Positions 28,384 through 37,693 of a stretch of 64,000 nucleotides of DNA are shown here, piece after piece. Under the pieces are notes generated by a model. It was not told where the DNA came from. It worked only from the letters and a program-made list of their open reading frames with translations, and made no database searches. A program made the position numbers and the translations under genes. Source of the stretch: an uncultured Clostridium sp. (lineage in GTDB: Bacteria; Bacillota; Clostridia; TANB77; CAG-508); contig CAKNPW010000006.1 in assembly GCA_930990555.1 (NCBI GenBank), positions 2,833-66,832 of the forward strand. The letters are read 5' to 3'. Positions within the stretch are counted from its first letter, which is position 1; each line of letters begins with the position of its first letter.

Positions 28384-28896
28384 TTAGGCTACTAAATTGG
28401 AATGTTTTCTGTATTGAACAGGGGACATTCCTTTTAGTTTGCTCTTAATTCTTTTGTTATTATAATATTCTATATATTCAATTATATCTTTTTCTAATTC
28501 TTCTATATTTTTGTACTTTTTTTCTTTTATATAATAAAGTTCTGACTTTATTATATAAAAGAAATTCTCTGCACAAGCATTATCTAAACAATTTCCTTTC
28601 CTAGACATACTTTGTCTTATTCCTTTTTGCTCTAATAAATATTGGTATTGTTTCATCTGATATTGCAAACCTTTGGTTTATTATATAGCCACGATTTCTC
28701 ATTTCTAATGTTATCCTTCTATAACCATAACGTCCTTTATTTTCATGAAATATTGATAAAATTTCATCTTTTTCTACTTTATATTTATCTTCTTTCTTCA
28801 TGTTCTTTAAATGATAATAGAATGTACTTTTTGGTATTTCCGCTAATTTTAATAATTCTCTCAAGCTATATTTATGCCTTAATTCATCGACAACAA
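28384..28896 (-). pseudogene. IS3-family transposase OrfB remnant lacking most of the DDE catalytic core
   Basis: Fragment 1 (...VIVVDELRHKYSLRELLKLAEIPKSTFYYHL...GRYGYRRITLEMRNRGYIIN) changes frame and joins directly to fragment 2 (YQMKQYQYLLEQKGIRQSMSRKGNCLDNACAENFF...NKRIKSKLKGMSPVQYR). About 130 aa appear to be missing between them. Confidence 0.85.
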
Positions 28897-29406
28897 TTAC
28901 TTTTTCTTGTTCTCTCGCTTGATTCTTTCCTGAACTAAGGCATTTAATTTTTTTAAGTATTCATTCTCCATTCGAAGCCTTTGATTTTCAGCAATTAAAT
29001 CTTCTTCCACTTCCTTATTTAAATTTTTCTTTTTTGGTTTAGAACTCATATTTTTCGACCTTCCACGTCGTTCTATATACAAACCTTGTGGTCCTTCCTC
29101 ATAATATATACGTTCCCATTTACTAACTACATAATCTCCTGCTAAATTAAAATGAAATGCTGTTTCTTGACATGATAAATGGTTTTCATGCATATATTCT
29201 ACCACATTCAGTTTAAAATCTCCACCATAACTTGATTTTTGATTTTTCATTAATCCCGCATATCCATTTTCTTTGTATTTTCTAACCCATTTAAGTACAA
29301 GGGCATATGCTACACAAAAGTGGTCGGCTGTGGTTTGATATCCAACATTATTATCTAAATAATATTTCACAACTTCTAATTTAAATTCACTCGAATATTT
29401 ACTCAT
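28897..29406 (-). CDS. IS3-family transposase OrfA (HTH), apparently intact
   Basis: MSKYSSEFKLEVVKYYLDNNVGYQTTADHF... leucine-zipper end NQRLRMENEYLKKLNAL. It ends AAG AAA AAG TAA, a slippery-like site. The -1 frame continues into OrfB. Confidence 0.85.
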   Translation of the reverse strand: MSKYSSEFKLEVVKYYLDNNVGYQTTADHFCVAYALVLKWVRKYKENGYAGLMKNQKSSYGGDFKLNVVEYMHENHLSCQETAFHFNLAGDYVVSKWERIYYEEGPQGLYIERRGRSKNMSSKPKKKNLNKEVEEDLIAENQRLRMENEYLKKLNALVQERIKRENKKK

Positions 29407-29554
29407 AAAAAATGAACCCTCCTTGTTAAACTTTTTTTGTCTAACAATTTGGGTTCACTTCAATCAGGATGTCTTTTTTACATAATTTAATTTGTTTAGA
29501 GTGTATATTACCAGATGACAGCTAGGATTTCCAAAGTAACTTAATACAATTCGC

Positions 29555-29590
29555 AAAATAGGGATTTTAAGGAACGTCCCCAAATCCCTA
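29555..29590 (-). repeat. Palindromic dispersed repeat, copy C
   Basis: The reverse complement reads TAGGGATTTGGGGACGTTCCTTAAAATCCCTATTTT, identical to copy A over 36 nt. Its TAG is the stop codon of the minus-strand U32 gene. Confidence 0.9.
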
Positions 29591-32008
29591 TATTTCTCTA
29601 TTTAAATTACCGTTTGTATACATATTTCCTTCTAATCTGTTTCCTTTTGATACAGTATTTATAACTTTATTAATTTCATCAATATTTTCATCTAAAACGT
29701 TGATTCTACATGATTTAACATTAAAAGCTTTTGTTTCTATTGATGTAATTCTACTATTAAAAACTGTTGTAACAGTTTGAATATTATCAGGAATAAATCT
29801 GAATTCAAAACCTAATCTATCAACTAAAGCATATTTTTTAGAAGTATCAAAACATTTTTTATCGCAATTTGGATAGCATTTATTTGATTTACCTAAAAAA
29901 CAGTAATTTGTATTCATTACTGGAAGTTTTCCATATGCAAATACTTCTAAATTATTGCCATAAGAATTACAAAGTGATGAAATATTAGTTTTATTTAATT
30001 CTGGTGAAATTTCTATTAAATCAATGTTATAATCAAGTAACTCTTTTACAGTATTATCATTAAAAACATTTAAAGTATAATTTGCTATTAATTTTAATTT
30101 GTTACCATATTGTTCTTTAATAAATTTTAAATATTCAACATTTCCTATATTAGAAAAAACAATGCCTTTAACATCAAAATTTTCTATAGCAGATCTTAAA
30201 TAATTGGCTAATAAATTTTTATAATTACCACGAATTATAATTGGCATATATACATAGATATCAGCTTTTTTTGCAATTGTATTAATAATCTCAAAATATT
30301 TATTATTATAAAAATATTTCAAAGGAATATAAGCTTTACTAAAATTATTAAGCCTAGTATAATCTAATGTTTCGTCTAAAATGTTAAAGCAAACAGATAT
30401 ATCCTTTTGTGTAACTTGTGGCGCAATACTGTTAGTTGGAGAATATTTTATATCTAAATTTCTTTTAAATTTTTGCATAGCACAAGTTTCGATATTAGCT
30501 AAAGCTTGTCTTCTAAGTTCATTTATAATACTAATATTAGGTAAAAATAAATTAGAATCTAGTTGAACATTAATATCATTAAATTCGAATTGAGTATTAG
30601 AAGTCTTTTTTAATTGTGTAATAATTCTTTCTATTTCTAATGGTTTATTAATTGCTTGAACAGGTGTACTTTCAGATTTTTCAGTAACTGTAATATTATT
30701 ATATATGCTATCATTATTATTTATAGTTGAAACTTTTAATACAATAGGTTTTCCTTCTTTTATTGTAATATTAGCATTTAGATGAATTTTTATATTTTCG
30801 GTATTTGTAAAAGAAGAATTTGCGGTGGTAAATAAGCTTTTACTTGTTAATTTATAAATTTTAGCACCGATAGATATTTTACCTTTCATTCTACCAATAG
30901 TTACTTTTTCACCTTTATCAGCAGAAGTTATATTTAGTCCATTTTTCATTAATTCAGAAACAGTATATTTTTTATGGTCGTTATCAAATGAAATAATGTC
31001 TCCAATAGAAAGACTATTTTTTAATGTAAAAGATACATAGCCTTTATGTGCAGAATAATTAGAAATATTACCTATATATATCCCAGCATTATTAGGCTTT
31101 TCAGGATAAATAAAGTCGGTATTTGGAGAATTTTTAAGATGACCAGATGAAAATCCACCTCTATTAAATACCTGAAGTAAATCATCGATATCTTTTGGCT
31201 CTATTTCATAATCTTCTTTATTCGTATATTTATCTATATATTTACGGTAAATTCTTGTAACTGTAGCTACATATTCTGGCTTTTTCATTCTTCCTTCTAT
31301 TTTAAAACAAGTAACTCCTGCATCAATTAGGTTTGGAATAAATTCTAATCCGCATAAATCTTTAGGACTCATTAAATAGTTAAATGAAGAATCTATACCT
31401 TTTACTTTATATGGTAACCTACATGGTTGGGCACATTTGCCTCTATTTCCAGAACGACCTCCTATCATACTAGACATTAAGCATTGGCCCGAATAAGAAA
31501 GACACAAAGCACCATGAATAAATACTTCTGTTTCTATTTTTGTTTTATGGCAAATATCATATATTTCAGAAATAGGTAATTCTCTAGAAAGAACCGCTCT
31601 TTTAAAACCAAATTTTTCTAAAGTTTGCACACATTCTAAATTGTGAATAGTCATTTGAGTACTTCCATGGACATCAAGACCAGGAAAATTTTTGATTAGA
31701 TAACGTGCAAGTCCAAAATCCTGTACAATAATTGCATCTATACCACAATTATAAGCATGTTCTGCAAGTTTTATAGCATCTTCAAATTCATTATCTGTAA
31801 TTAGTGTATTTAATGTTAAATGTGTTTTTACATTTCTTAGTTTGGCGTAGTTAATTACCATTTCCAAAGCTTCATTATCAAAATTATTGGCAAAGGCACG
31901 AGCACTAAAAGAACTAGCACCAAAATATATACTATCTGCACCATTTTGAACAGCAGCTTTTAAACATTCAAAATCTCCTGCTGGAGCAAGTAGTTCCAAA
32001 AAAATCAC
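29588..32008 (-). CDS. U32-family peptidase-like protein, long form (806 aa)
   Basis: U32 signature FIHGALCLSYSGQCLMSSMIGGRSGNRGKCAQPCRLPY. Large C-terminal extension. Confidence 0.88.
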   Translation of the reverse strand: MIFLELLAPAGDFECLKAAVQNGADSIYFGASSFSARAFANNFDNEALEMVINYAKLRNVKTHLTLNTLITDNEFEDAIKLAEHAYNCGIDAIIVQDFGLARYLIKNFPGLDVHGSTQMTIHNLECVQTLEKFGFKRAVLSRELPISEIYDICHKTKIETEVFIHGALCLSYSGQCLMSSMIGGRSGNRGKCAQPCRLPYKVKGIDSSFNYLMSPKDLCGLEFIPNLIDAGVTCFKIEGRMKKPEYVATVTRIYRKYIDKYTNKEDYEIEPKDIDDLLQVFNRGGFSSGHLKNSPNTDFIYPEKPNNAGIYIGNISNYSAHKGYVSFTLKNSLSIGDIISFDNDHKKYTVSELMKNGLNITSADKGEKVTIGRMKGKISIGAKIYKLTSKSLFTTANSSFTNTENIKIHLNANITIKEGKPIVLKVSTINNNDSIYNNITVTEKSESTPVQAINKPLEIERIITQLKKTSNTQFEFNDINVQLDSNLFLPNISIINELRRQALANIETCAMQKFKRNLDIKYSPTNSIAPQVTQKDISVCFNILDETLDYTRLNNFSKAYIPLKYFYNNKYFEIINTIAKKADIYVYMPIIIRGNYKNLLANYLRSAIENFDVKGIVFSNIGNVEYLKFIKEQYGNKLKLIANYTLNVFNDNTVKELLDYNIDLIEISPELNKTNISSLCNSYGNNLEVFAYGKLPVMNTNYCFLGKSNKCYPNCDKKCFDTSKKYALVDRLGFEFRFIPDNIQTVTTVFNSRITSIETKAFNVKSCRINVLDENIDEINKVINTVSKGNRLEGNMYTNGNLNREI

Positions 32009-32243
32009 CCCTTTATTATTTATAATAAAATTATAGCATATTTAGTCTATTTCTGAGATTGATATTACTTCTATATTGTAACATAAAAAATAAAATTCGC
32101 ATAATATATCGTATAAGAAAAGTGGTTTTACCAATGTACACAATTGCTTTGCAATTCGCATTGGATAAGGAGACTCAACTTTTTTCTTACGTAATAAAAA
32201 AAGCAAGTTTCAGCTTACTAAAATAAAGATAGGAGGGAAGAGA

Positions 32244-32393
32244 ATGCAAGAAGATAGAGGCTCAAATTGCGGATGTAATAATGGAGGATTATTTGGAAAT
32301 ATGTGCTGTGGATGTGGTGATAGCGAAATATTATTCTTCATAATAATATTTTTATTGCTATTTACAAACTTTGGAAATTCTAGATGTTGCTAA
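32244..32393 (+). CDS. Tiny Cys/Gly-rich membrane protein (49 aa); not in the ORF track
   Basis: Manual translation: MQEDRGSNCGCNNGGLFGNMCCGCGDSEILFFIIIFLLLFTNFGNSRCC. AGGAGGG lies 6 nt upstream of the ATG. Confidence 0.6.
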   Translation: MQEDRGSNCGCNNGGLFGNMCCGCGDSEILFFIIIFLLLFTNFGNSRCC

Positions 32394-32544
32394 TATTTCA
32401 AAATTACTTATTAAAAAAGTTTTAATTGAACATATCTAATTACTCCCCTATTTAAATGTTTAAATAGGGGAAAAATACTTGTAAAAAAAAGATAGTTAGT
32501 GTAAAATATGAAAATGAAAATAGATATACATTGGAGGAATTAAA

Positions 32545-33609
32545 TTGAGATTTTTAGATATGAATAGTAAAGAAGATAGACAAAAATACACTGAATTTTT
32601 GGAACATCATGAAAGATGTAATTTTCAACAATCTTTAGAATGGGGAAAAGTTAAAAATTTTTGGAAAAATGAAGTTATTTTAGCTGAAGATGAGAATAAT
32701 AATATAATAGGTTCATTAAGTGTATTACTTAGAAAAATACCAATTTTCGGATATTTAATGTACTCATCAAGAGGGCCAGTTTGCGATATTCACGATGAAA
32801 AAGTTTTAAAACAATTAACAGATGGAGCAAAAGAATTAGCTAAGAAATATCATGCAATGGTATTAAAAATAGAACCAGATATTAAAAGTGATGATAAAGA
32901 ATTTAGAGATATAGTAACAAAATTAGGTTATAAAATAAAAGACGACGCAAAAGATTTTAGAGACGAAATTCAGCCTAGATACGTATTTAGATTAGATATA
33001 AAAGGAAAAACAGAAGACGAAATATTTAAAGCATTTCATTCAAAAACAAGGTATAATGTAAGACTAGCAGGAAGAAAAGGAGTTACTGTAAAAGATGGAA
33101 ATAAAGAAGATTTAAAAGATTTCCATAGAATAATGATAGAAACAGGTAAAAGAGATGGGTTTATGATAAGACCATTGGAGTACTTCGAGCAAATGTATGA
33201 TGCTTTAGCACCAGAACATATGAAAGTATTAATGGCATATTATGATGGTAAACCAATTTCTGGAGTTATACCTATTATGTATGGTAATAAAACCTGGTAT
33301 TTGTATGGTGCAAGCAGTAACGAACATAGAAATTTAATGCCAAATTATTTATTACAATGGGAAATGATTAAACTTGCAATTTCTAGAGGTGATGATATAT
33401 ACGATTTAAGAGGTGTTTCTGGAGTTGTAGACAAGAATCATCCTCAATACGGATTATATAGATTTAAACAAGGTTTTGGTGCAGAATTCACAGAATTTAT
33501 AGGAGAACTTCACATGGATTACTCACCAGTAAGATATAAATTATATAAAATATCAGAAACAGTGTTTAAAAGAGTTAGAAGCCTTTTAATGAATAGACAT
33601 AAAAAATAA
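32545..33609 (+). CDS. FemAB-family peptidoglycan interpeptide-bridge aminoacyltransferase (FemX-like)
   Basis: FQQSLEWGKVK, YLYGASSNEHRNLMPNYLLQWEMI, YDLRGVSG, GLYRFKQGFG. TTG start 7 nt after GGAGGA (alternative ATG at 32560). Confidence 0.8.
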   Translation: MRFLDMNSKEDRQKYTEFLEHHERCNFQQSLEWGKVKNFWKNEVILAEDENNNIIGSLSVLLRKIPIFGYLMYSSRGPVCDIHDEKVLKQLTDGAKELAKKYHAMVLKIEPDIKSDDKEFRDIVTKLGYKIKDDAKDFRDEIQPRYVFRLDIKGKTEDEIFKAFHSKTRYNVRLAGRKGVTVKDGNKEDLKDFHRIMIETGKRDGFMIRPLEYFEQMYDALAPEHMKVLMAYYDGKPISGVIPIMYGNKTWYLYGASSNEHRNLMPNYLLQWEMIKLAISRGDDIYDLRGVSGVVDKNHPQYGLYRFKQGFGAEFTEFIGELHMDYSPVRYKLYKISETVFKRVRSLLMNRHKK

Positions 33610-33649
33610 ACTTTAGGGACGGAGCCTAAAGTTCATAAGAGGAGAAAAG

Positions 33650-34756
33650 ATGGGCAATTTAGTTATAGAAAAGCAAGATTTAAAGCATAATATAAAACAA
33701 ATAAAAGAATATGCAAAAAAAAATAGTGATAAATTAAAAATAATAGCAATTGTAAAGTCAAATGGTTATGGTTTAGGCTTAGAAGAATATGCGAATTTTT
33801 TAATAGATAATGGAATAGATTATTTAGCCGTTGCAAGTACAGATGAAGCCATAAAATTACGTAAATTAGGAAAAAAAGAAGATGTTTTAATGATGTCGTC
33901 TACAGCAATAGAGCAAGAAATAGAGGATATGGTAAATAATAAAATTACTATAACAATTGGAAGTACGGAAGCAAAAGATACATTAATTAAAATTATAAAA
34001 AAAACAAATAAAAAGCCTAAAATCCATATAAAAATAGATACTGGCTTTGGGAGATATGGATATTTATATACTGATATAGAAAGAATAATTAAAGATATAA
34101 AAGAGTTACAAAAATTTGCAATAATTGAAGGGATCTTCTCTCATTTTTCTACATCTTTTTACAAAGAAAAATGGACAAACCTACAATATGAAAGATTTTT
34201 AAAGGTTCTAAAAATAATAGAAGAGAAAAAAATTAATATTCCTATAAAACATATATCAAATTCTTCAGCATTTATAAGATTTCCTAAAATGAATTTAAAT
34301 GCAGTAAGAATAGGATCTGCTTTTTTAGGAAGAGTTGCAGTAGCAAATAAGTTAGGTCTTAAAAAAATTGGTTATTTAGAAAGCGAAATTTCTGAAATAA
34401 AAACTCTGCCCAAAGGTTGGAATATAGGATATTCAAATACTTATAAAACTAAAAAAGAAACTAAGATTGCTATTGTACCAACAGGGTATGCAGAAGGGTA
34501 TCATATGAAACTCTCAAGTGATATGCTATCATTTGGAAACAAAGTAAGAGATGTAATACAAGCAATAAAGAGATTGTTTAAAGATACAAAATTATATGTA
34601 GAAATAAATAACAAAAGATATCCAATACTAGGAAGAATCGGAATGTATCATGTTACTGTAGATATAACAGGAGAAGATTTTAAAATAGGGGAAAAAGTTA
34701 AAATGAATGCAAATCCTTTATATGTAGATTCTTCAGTTAGGAGGTTATATAAATAA
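33650..34756 (+). CDS. alr: Alanine racemase-family PLP enzyme
   Basis: PLP-lysine motif AIVKSNGYGLG, HIKIDTGFGRYG, and PTGYAEGY near the C-terminal domain. Confidence 0.75.
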   Translation: MGNLVIEKQDLKHNIKQIKEYAKKNSDKLKIIAIVKSNGYGLGLEEYANFLIDNGIDYLAVASTDEAIKLRKLGKKEDVLMMSSTAIEQEIEDMVNNKITITIGSTEAKDTLIKIIKKTNKKPKIHIKIDTGFGRYGYLYTDIERIIKDIKELQKFAIIEGIFSHFSTSFYKEKWTNLQYERFLKVLKIIEEKKINIPIKHISNSSAFIRFPKMNLNAVRIGSAFLGRVAVANKLGLKKIGYLESEISEIKTLPKGWNIGYSNTYKTKKETKIAIVPTGYAEGYHMKLSSDMLSFGNKVRDVIQAIKRLFKDTKLYVEINNKRYPILGRIGMYHVTVDITGEDFKIGEKVKMNANPLYVDSSVRRLYK

Positions 34757-35796
34757 TGGAAAAATCTAAAAAACAAGGTTTTTTTAATAGTGTAAAAAAT
34801 AGTATATTTAATTTTGATTCATATCAAGATTTTGCATTAGAAGAAATGAAGAGAGGGATATTTTATTTTTTAAAATTATCTTTACTATTTTCGGTAATTA
34901 TTGCGATAGTATTTTCAATCTTACAAGTTGTTGTTACAATTCCAAATGTAAAAAAATTTATAGCAAATGATATTCCAGATTTTTCTTATTCAAATGGTAT
35001 ATTAGACCTTAAAAGTGATGAGGCAGTTACAATAGATAATATTGCAGATGAGCTATTAATAATTGCTGATACTAAAGAGTTAGATGAAACCAAAATAAAT
35101 GAGTATAAAGATAAAATAAATTTGTATGATGTTGGGGTGCTTATATTAAAAGATAAAGTATATTTAAAAAATAGTTATACCAGCACGGGATTACAGGAAA
35201 TATCAATGAGTGATGTTGGAAGTATATATGGTAAAAATGAATTTACAAAACAAGACATAGTAAATGATATAAATAGTATAAATATGATTTCCCTATGCAT
35301 TAGTTTAGCATTTACAGTATTTTTAGGATTTTTTATAACATATATAATTATAAGTATATTAGATATAATTATTCTTTCTCTATTAAGCAATATTATAGCT
35401 ATGTTATTAAGAGTAAGAATGAAAGTTTCAGCACTAGTAAATATTTCTGTACATGCAATGACCTTACCAGTTGTACTTTTATTGATATATTCTATAGTAT
35501 TAATGACAACTGGATTTGAGATAAAATACTTTAATATTATGTATAGAGGAATTTCTTATATATATGTAATTACAGCTATTTTCTTAATTCGTCAAAGTTT
35601 AATTAAACAACAAATGGAATTAACTACTATAGTACAAAAACAAAAAGAATTAAAACAACAATTAGAGCAAAAAGAAAAGGAAAAACAAGAGCCAAAAGAA
35701 AAAGATGAACAAAAAGATAATAAAGAAGATGAATCAAATGATAAAAAAGAAGAAAAAGATAATAATGTAGGCAAAGAAGTAAATGGAGAAGTATAG
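34756..35796 (+). CDS. Polytopic membrane protein (DUF1189-like) with a K/E/D-rich C-terminal tail
   Basis: Start overlaps the alr stop (ATAATGG). Several TM segments. Family assignment is from memory only. Confidence 0.55.
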   Translation: MEKSKKQGFFNSVKNSIFNFDSYQDFALEEMKRGIFYFLKLSLLFSVIIAIVFSILQVVVTIPNVKKFIANDIPDFSYSNGILDLKSDEAVTIDNIADELLIIADTKELDETKINEYKDKINLYDVGVLILKDKVYLKNSYTSTGLQEISMSDVGSIYGKNEFTKQDIVNDINSINMISLCISLAFTVFLGFFITYIIISILDIIILSLLSNIIAMLLRVRMKVSALVNISVHAMTLPVVLLLIYSIVLMTTGFEIKYFNIMYRGISYIYVITAIFLIRQSLIKQQMELTTIVQKQKELKQQLEQKEKEKQEPKEKDEQKDNKEDESNDKKEEKDNNVGKEVNGEV

Positions 35797-35813
35797 ATAA
35801 GGAGGATATCATT

Positions 35814-37628
35814 TTGATGGAAAATGCAAATAATAACAAAGATAAGAACAATGATTCAAAAAAATTTTGGGTTTCTTCTATAATATTATTAGTCATTATC
35901 ATTGCTTTAGCTATAGTATCTTATCTAATTTATAGTGGTAATGGTCAAGAAGAAAATGAACTAATATTGCCATATACAGAATTAATTCAAAATATAAATA
36001 ATAATACAGTAGAAAAAATTGAACTAACTACTGGAAGTACTACAGTAAAAGTAAAATTAAAAGATGAAGAAAAAGAAAAGACTACTATAGTACCAAGCTT
36101 GCAAGCATTTACAGAATATGTACAAACCAAAGTAGAACAAGGAAATGAAATGGAAGTAATTCAAAAACAACCTAATGTATTACTTTCAATAGGAGATACA
36201 ATTTTTACAATTTTACCAACTTTATTAATGATTGCCTTAATAATAATGCTATTTAAAATGCAAGGGTTAGGCGATAAAGGTAAAGTATATGATAGCGAAG
36301 AAAAAGATACAAATGTAAGATTCGAAGATGTAGCAGGACTAGACGAAGAAAAAGAAGAAATGGTTGAAATAGTTAACTTTTTAAAGAAACCAGAAGAATT
36401 TTATAAAATGGGAGCTAAAGTACCAAGAGGAGTGTTACTTTGTGGTAAACCAGGTACAGGTAAAACATTAATTGCTAAAGCTATTGCAGGAGAGGCCAAT
36501 GTTCCGTTCATATCTATGAGTGGTTCAGAATTTATAGAAATGTTTGCAGGGCTTGGTGCTTCAAGAGTTAGAAAGTTGTTTGAAAAAGCAAGAAAGCTGG
36601 CTCCATGTATAGTGTTTATTGATGAGATAGATGCAATTGGAGCAAGAAGAACAAATGCAAGTGGAGCAGAATCAGAGAATAATCAAACATTAAATCAATT
36701 ACTTGTAGAAATGGATGGTTTTGATTCAGAAGAGACAATTATTGTATTAGCAGCTACAAATAGACCAGAAATGCTAGATAAAGCATTGTTAAGACCTGGA
36801 AGATTTGATAGACAAATAATAATAAATTCACCTGATCAAAAAGGTAGAGAAGAAATACTTAAAATTCATAGTAAAGATAAAAAAATTGATGAGAATGTTG
36901 ACTTTAAAGATATTGCAGAAGATACAGCAGGATTTACTGGTGCAGAGCTTGCTAATATTTTAAATGAAGCAGCAATTATAGCAACAATAAATAAACATGA
37001 TTCTATTACTAGAGACGATATAGAAGAGGCAATTAAGAAAGTTACAGTAGGACTTGAAAAACATAGTAGAGTCATATCAGAAAAAGATAAGAAGTTAACA
37101 GCATACCATGAAGCTGGACATGCAGTAGTAAGTAGATACCTAGAAACACAAAATGATATAAAAGAAGTTTCTATTATACCAAGAGGTGTTGCTGGTGGAT
37201 ATACAATGTATAAGAGCAATGAAGATAAATACTATATTTCGAAAACAGAAATGGAAGAAAAATTAATTGCATTATTAGGTGGTAGAGCAGCAGAAAAATT
37301 AGTTTTAGATGATATATCAACAGGAGCAAGTAATGATTTAGAAGTTGCCACCAATATTGCAAGAGACATGATTACTGTTTATGGAATGAGTGATACAATT
37401 GGGCCAATATCTTTAAAAGACTCAGAAAATCCAAACCAAATGATTTTATATGGCGAAAAAATGCAAGATGCAATAGGTGCAGAAATAAAAATATTAATAG
37501 ATTCAGCATATAGAAATGCTCAAAAATTATTAATAGAGCATAGAGATAAATTAGATGCAGTAGCAAACGTATTACTAGAAAAAGAGAAAATAACAGAAAA
37601 AGAATTTTATGAAATATTCAATGATTAA
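35814..37628 (+). CDS. ftsH: ATP-dependent zinc metalloprotease FtsH
   Basis: GKPGTGKTLIAKAIAGEA, IVFIDEIDA, SRH region, HEAGHA zinc site. Confidence 0.95.
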   Translation: MMENANNNKDKNNDSKKFWVSSIILLVIIIALAIVSYLIYSGNGQEENELILPYTELIQNINNNTVEKIELTTGSTTVKVKLKDEEKEKTTIVPSLQAFTEYVQTKVEQGNEMEVIQKQPNVLLSIGDTIFTILPTLLMIALIIMLFKMQGLGDKGKVYDSEEKDTNVRFEDVAGLDEEKEEMVEIVNFLKKPEEFYKMGAKVPRGVLLCGKPGTGKTLIAKAIAGEANVPFISMSGSEFIEMFAGLGASRVRKLFEKARKLAPCIVFIDEIDAIGARRTNASGAESENNQTLNQLLVEMDGFDSEETIIVLAATNRPEMLDKALLRPGRFDRQIIINSPDQKGREEILKIHSKDKKIDENVDFKDIAEDTAGFTGAELANILNEAAIIATINKHDSITRDDIEEAIKKVTVGLEKHSRVISEKDKKLTAYHEAGHAVVSRYLETQNDIKEVSIIPRGVAGGYTMYKSNEDKYYISKTEMEEKLIALLGGRAAEKLVLDDISTGASNDLEVATNIARDMITVYGMSDTIGPISLKDSENPNQMILYGEKMQDAIGAEIKILIDSAYRNAQKLLIEHRDKLDAVANVLLEKEKITEKEFYEIFND

Positions 37629-37654
37629 ATTATAGAAATTTAGATACATTTCTA

Positions 37655-37686
37655 TAGGGATTTGGGGACGTTCCTTAAATCCCTAT
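37655..37686 (+). repeat. Palindromic dispersed repeat, copy D
   Basis: TAGGGATTTGGGGACGTTCCTTAAATCCCTA, beginning 26 nt after the ftsH stop. Confidence 0.9.
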
Positions 37687-37693
37687 CCATAAG

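Larger units (their letters stand above)
28352..29462 (-). mobile_element. IS3-family (IS150-group) insertion sequence, internally deleted (~1.1 kb)
   Basis: Terminal IRs TGTACTGAACCCAAAAAGTTGGACA (left) and TGAAGTGAACCCAAATTGTTAGACA (right, reverse complement), with TG...CA ends. 3-bp direct repeat ATC at 28349-28351 and 29463-29465. Confidence 0.9.

Noticed and set aside
28642-28938. A 98-aa plus-strand ORF inside the IS remnant.
   Set aside because: It is antisense to recognisable transposase fragments, and its sequence is low-complexity hydrophobic.
32445-32470. The palindrome CCCCTATTTAA-atgt-TTAAATAGGGG after the Cys-rich sORF, considered as another copy of the dispersed repeat because it shares CCCTATTT.
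   Set aside because: The loop and the rest of the stem are unrelated to the repeat consensus. It is most simply the hairpin ending the sORF transcript, although it lacks a T tract.
35592-35902. Minus-strand ORFs (60 and 91 aa) across the junction between the DUF1189-like gene and ftsH.
   Set aside because: They are antisense to a K/E/D-rich tail and give an F/L/S-rich artefact.
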